Of a stretch of 64,000 bases of DNA, positions 60,742 to 64,000 are shown piece after piece (position 1 is the first letter of the stretch; each line of letters begins with the position of its first letter). The notes beneath the pieces were generated by a model. That model was given only the letters and a program-made list of their open reading frames with translations, made no database searches and had not been told where the DNA came from. Position numbers and translations under genes: made by a program. The stretch is from Scenedesmus sp. PABB004 (lineage: Eukaryota). The stretch lies in the NCBI GenBank assembly GCA_014905635.1, contig JABVCE010000003.1, positions 1,302,001 to 1,366,000 on the forward strand, given 5' to 3'.

Positions 60742-62133
60742 ATGGCGCCCACGCTGCGGCGCTACTTCACGCCTTATGAGGTACCCGACGGGGGTGACGG
60801 GGCGTGGCGGACCAGCACGAGCCGGCGCCGCCGCAGCTGCTGACGTTCGCGCGCGGCCGCAGGTCGCCGCGCACAGCACCCCCACCGACTGCTGGCTGTC
60901 CTTCCTGGGCGCCGTGTACGACGTCACCACGCTCATACGGGTGCGGGAGGCAGGGGCAGGGCGCCCCAGGCACCGCCGCAGGGCACGACGCCGCTGAACT
61001 GGCCGCGCGACCGCCGATGGGCCCCGCGCTTCCCCGCAGGATCACCCTGGACCTCTCATCGAGCCCATGCTGGCGGCGGCAGGCACAGACGTCTCGCACT
61101 GGTGCGACTGCGCACGGGCGGCGGCGCCGGACCTGTGGCGGCGGCCCGCGCGAGCGTTAAGCCGCCCCGCCCCACACCGCCGCCGCCCGCATGCAGGTTT
61201 GATCCCGCGACCGGCGACGTGTGCTCCCGCGTGGACCCCGACACGCAGCTGGTCGTGCCCTACTGCCCCCAGGTGGGCACGGGGGCGCGTGGCGCGTGCG
61301 GCGGCCCAGCCGCTGGCTGGCTGGCCCGCCCGCTGAGCTGCCAGCCCCCGCGCACGCCGGTGCCAGGGCACGTTCCTGCACGTCCCGCCCATCGCGCCCA
61401 CGACCACCTACGACTGCAGCGCCGCCGTGCCCTGGTGGCGCGACGTCACGCTGCAGGTGGGCCGCACGCGCGGGCCGCCGCGGCCGCCTGCCCGCAGCGT
61501 GCGAGCGGCCGGCTCACGCGCTGCCGCCGCAGGTGGGGCTGCTGAGCGCGCGCACGCGGCTGGTGCGCGTCGTCAATGTGCTGACGGAGCAGGAGGACAC
61601 GCTGGAGGTGCCGGACGAGGAGACGGTCGGCCAGGCGCGGCGCAGCTTGCACGGCGCGGCGCGGCGCGGCGCGTGCGGCCGCGCGTCGCGCCGCCGGCCC
61701 CACCGCCGCCCGCCTGCCCCCACCCGCACCTCCCGCCGCCGCCGCCGCCGCGCAGCTGCGCCAGCGCTACCTGGCGCTCAACGCCCACGCCGGCAGCTAC
61801 ACCTGGAAGGCGCATGCGCGGCGCCCGGGTCCGGCGCCGCCGCGGCGGCGGCGTGCGGCTGCACAGCGGCAGCCGCCCCGGCGCGGCCGGGCGGGGCCCG
61901 CGCCGGCGCCGGGGCCGCGCGTGACCGCCCGGCCCGTCGTGCGCGCGCGCCGCCGCCCGGCAGGCGGCTCGTCCTCGGCCGGCGCCGAGCTGGTGGAGCT
62001 CGACCTCAATCGCACCCTCTGCGACAACGGCCTGCCCGACGAGGCCGCCGCGTGCGCGGAGCTCGACCTCCCGCCCGACGCCGCCGTGCCGGCGCTGCTG
62101 CTCTACTGGCACGACGACCTCACCGTCGCGTGA
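60742..62133 (+). CDS. CYB5D1: Cytochrome b5 domain-containing protein 1 (axonemal radial-spoke associated)
   Basis: RYFTPYE|VAAHSTPTDCWLSFLGAVYDVT; AGTDVSHW|FD; GTFLHVPP; PWWRD; NAHAGSYTWK; LLYWHDDLT. Confidence 0.92.
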
Positions 62134-62438
62134 GGCGGCGCCGGCGGCGGCGCGGCGACGAGGGGCGGCCCGGCGGCGGCGGCGCAGCGGCGGCGTGGCC
62201 GGGGCCCGGCGGTGAACCCTGCTGCGGCGGCGCGCTGTCCCAGTTCAAGGGCGGCTGTGCCACACCGCCAGCTCCGCCGTCGCCAGCGCTCCAAGCGCCC
62301 GCGCCGCAGTCGCCGCACCGCGCGCTCGCGCCGCTGCTGCCGCCGCCGCCAACCGCCGCGCCGCGCCTGATCACGCGGCGTTGGGCGGCCGACCGGCTAG
62401 GCAGGGCCTGCGACAGGCCCCGCGGGCGGGCCGCCACC

Positions 62439-64000
62439 ATGTCGCTGGCGCTGCGCCTCAAGGTGGGCTGCCGCCGCCGGATGGCGCGCCGCGTGCGCCG
62501 CGCCCGGCGCAGCTCCGCCCGGCGCGCCCGGCCCGGCCGCCTGCACGACCCCGCGCGCCGCCGGCGTAGGTCGCTGCGGCGGCCGGCGGCGCGGCGGCGC
62601 TGGCGGCGGTGGGGTACTACAGCTCGCTGGACGTGCAGCGCCGCTTTGAGCTCGCCAGCGCGACCGGCCCGCTGGTGCGCCTGCTGGACCCGGAGACCAG
62701 CCACAAGCTGGGCATCTGGGCCGCGCGGCTGGGCGCCTTCCCGCGCGAGACGCGGCCAGACCCGGAGAGCCTGCGCGTGACGCTCTGGGGGCGCACGTTC
62801 CCCAACCCCATCGGTGCGCGGCGCCGACGGCAGCGCGGCGCGCGGCGGCGCTGCGCGGCCCGGCGTCCCACGGGCCCGGCGCGCGCGCGAAGGGGGGGGC
62901 GCCCGCGGGCGGCCGCCGGCGCCGCCGCCCGCGCGCCGCCCGACCCCGCCGCGCCGCCGCGGTCGCCAGGCCTGGCTGCTGGGTTTGACAAGGACGCGGA
63001 GGCCATCAAGGGCCTGCTGGGGCTGGGCCTGGGGTTTATGGAAGTCGGTGAGCCGCGGCGGCGGCACCGCGCCGCGGGGCAGGGGCACGAAACACGGCGG
63101 CCGGTAGCTAGCAGAGGCTGGGCTGCCGGGCAGGGGCTGGGTGTCGCCCGAGCGCGCCGCCGCCGCCGCCGCCGCCGGCGCAGGGTCCATCACGCCGCAG
63201 CCGCAGCCGGGCAACGACAAGCCGCGCTGCTTCCGGCTGTCGGAGCTCAAGTGAGGCGGGCGCCGGGTCGCGGCGCGCAGCCGGCAGCAGTGCACCGCCG
63301 CACCGCCGCACCGCCGCACCGCCGCCGCCCACGCGCGCCCTCCGCCGCTCCCCCCCTTTCCTCGCAGGGCGGTGATCAATCGCTACGGCTTCAACAGCGC
63401 CGGCGCCGACGCGGCGGCGCAGCACCTCGATGCGTTCTGGAAGAAGGTCGCGCGCGACCCCGCCGCCAAGCCGGGTGCGGGGCGCGCCCGGCCGCCCAGC
63501 GCGGCGCGGCGCGCGCCGCCCGCCCGCCCCGCGCGCGTCGCCGGCGCCGCCTCCACGGCCGCGGCCCGCGCCGCGCGCCGCGCGCCTCGCGCCTCGCCCG
63601 CCGCCCGCGCAGGGCTGCTGGGCGTAAACCTCGGCAAGAACAAGGCCTCGGCCGACGCGGCGGACGACTATGCAATTGGCCTGATGAAGCTCGGCAAGTA
63701 CGCCGACTTTGTGGTCATCAACGTCTCCAGCCCCAACACGCCAGGTGCGTTACGTTGTTACGTTGTGCGTCACTGTGTGTGTTACACGTCACTTTGTGTG
63801 TCGCCACCGTCGCAGCGCCCGCCCCCAGCCGGCACGTGTGGGGCTGCCGACATGCCGCCGCGCCGCTGCGTCGCCGCTGCCGCCGCGGCCGCCCGCGCCA
63901 GGCCTGCGCTCGCTGCAGGGGCGCCAGGCGCTGCAGGACCTCGTGCACTTCGTCAAAGCCGCGCGCGACAAGCTCGACTGGGGCCCCGGCGGCGCGCCGC
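62439..64000 (+). CDS. DHODH: Dihydroorotate dehydrogenase (quinone, class 2), 3' end lies outside the window
   Basis: [82 protein letters not shown]. Confidence 0.96.

Overview
This is a very GC-rich, intron-dense eukaryotic nuclear window. It is probably from a chlorophyte green alga (inference from TGTAA poly(A) signals, short GC-rich introns, and plastid and flagellar genes). About 24 spliced protein genes can be reconstructed by hand: UTP14, a temptin-domain protein, a RECQL4-like helicase, an HMG-box protein, TMEM205, PEX14, FtsHi3, COG2, taspase-1, UTP23, an R2R3-MYB, two SNM1/PSO2 nucleases, an APC15-like protein, a nodulin-like MFS transporter, CYB5D1, DHODH, two secreted proteins and several hypotheticals. 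Most long ORFs in the supplied track are GC-content artefacts. Three non-coding signals stand out. (1) An unannotated two-hairpin box H/ACA snoRNA occurs as two identical copies in two introns of UTP14; its pockets pair with conserved 18S and 25S rRNA uridines. (2) A ~3.8 kb segment is bounded by ~400 bp near-identical inverted repeats and encloses one putative regulatory gene. (3) GC-AG introns are unusually frequent. Several apparent 1-nt frameshifts at G/C runs probably reflect assembly errors. All structures and alignments were read by eye and need computational confirmation.
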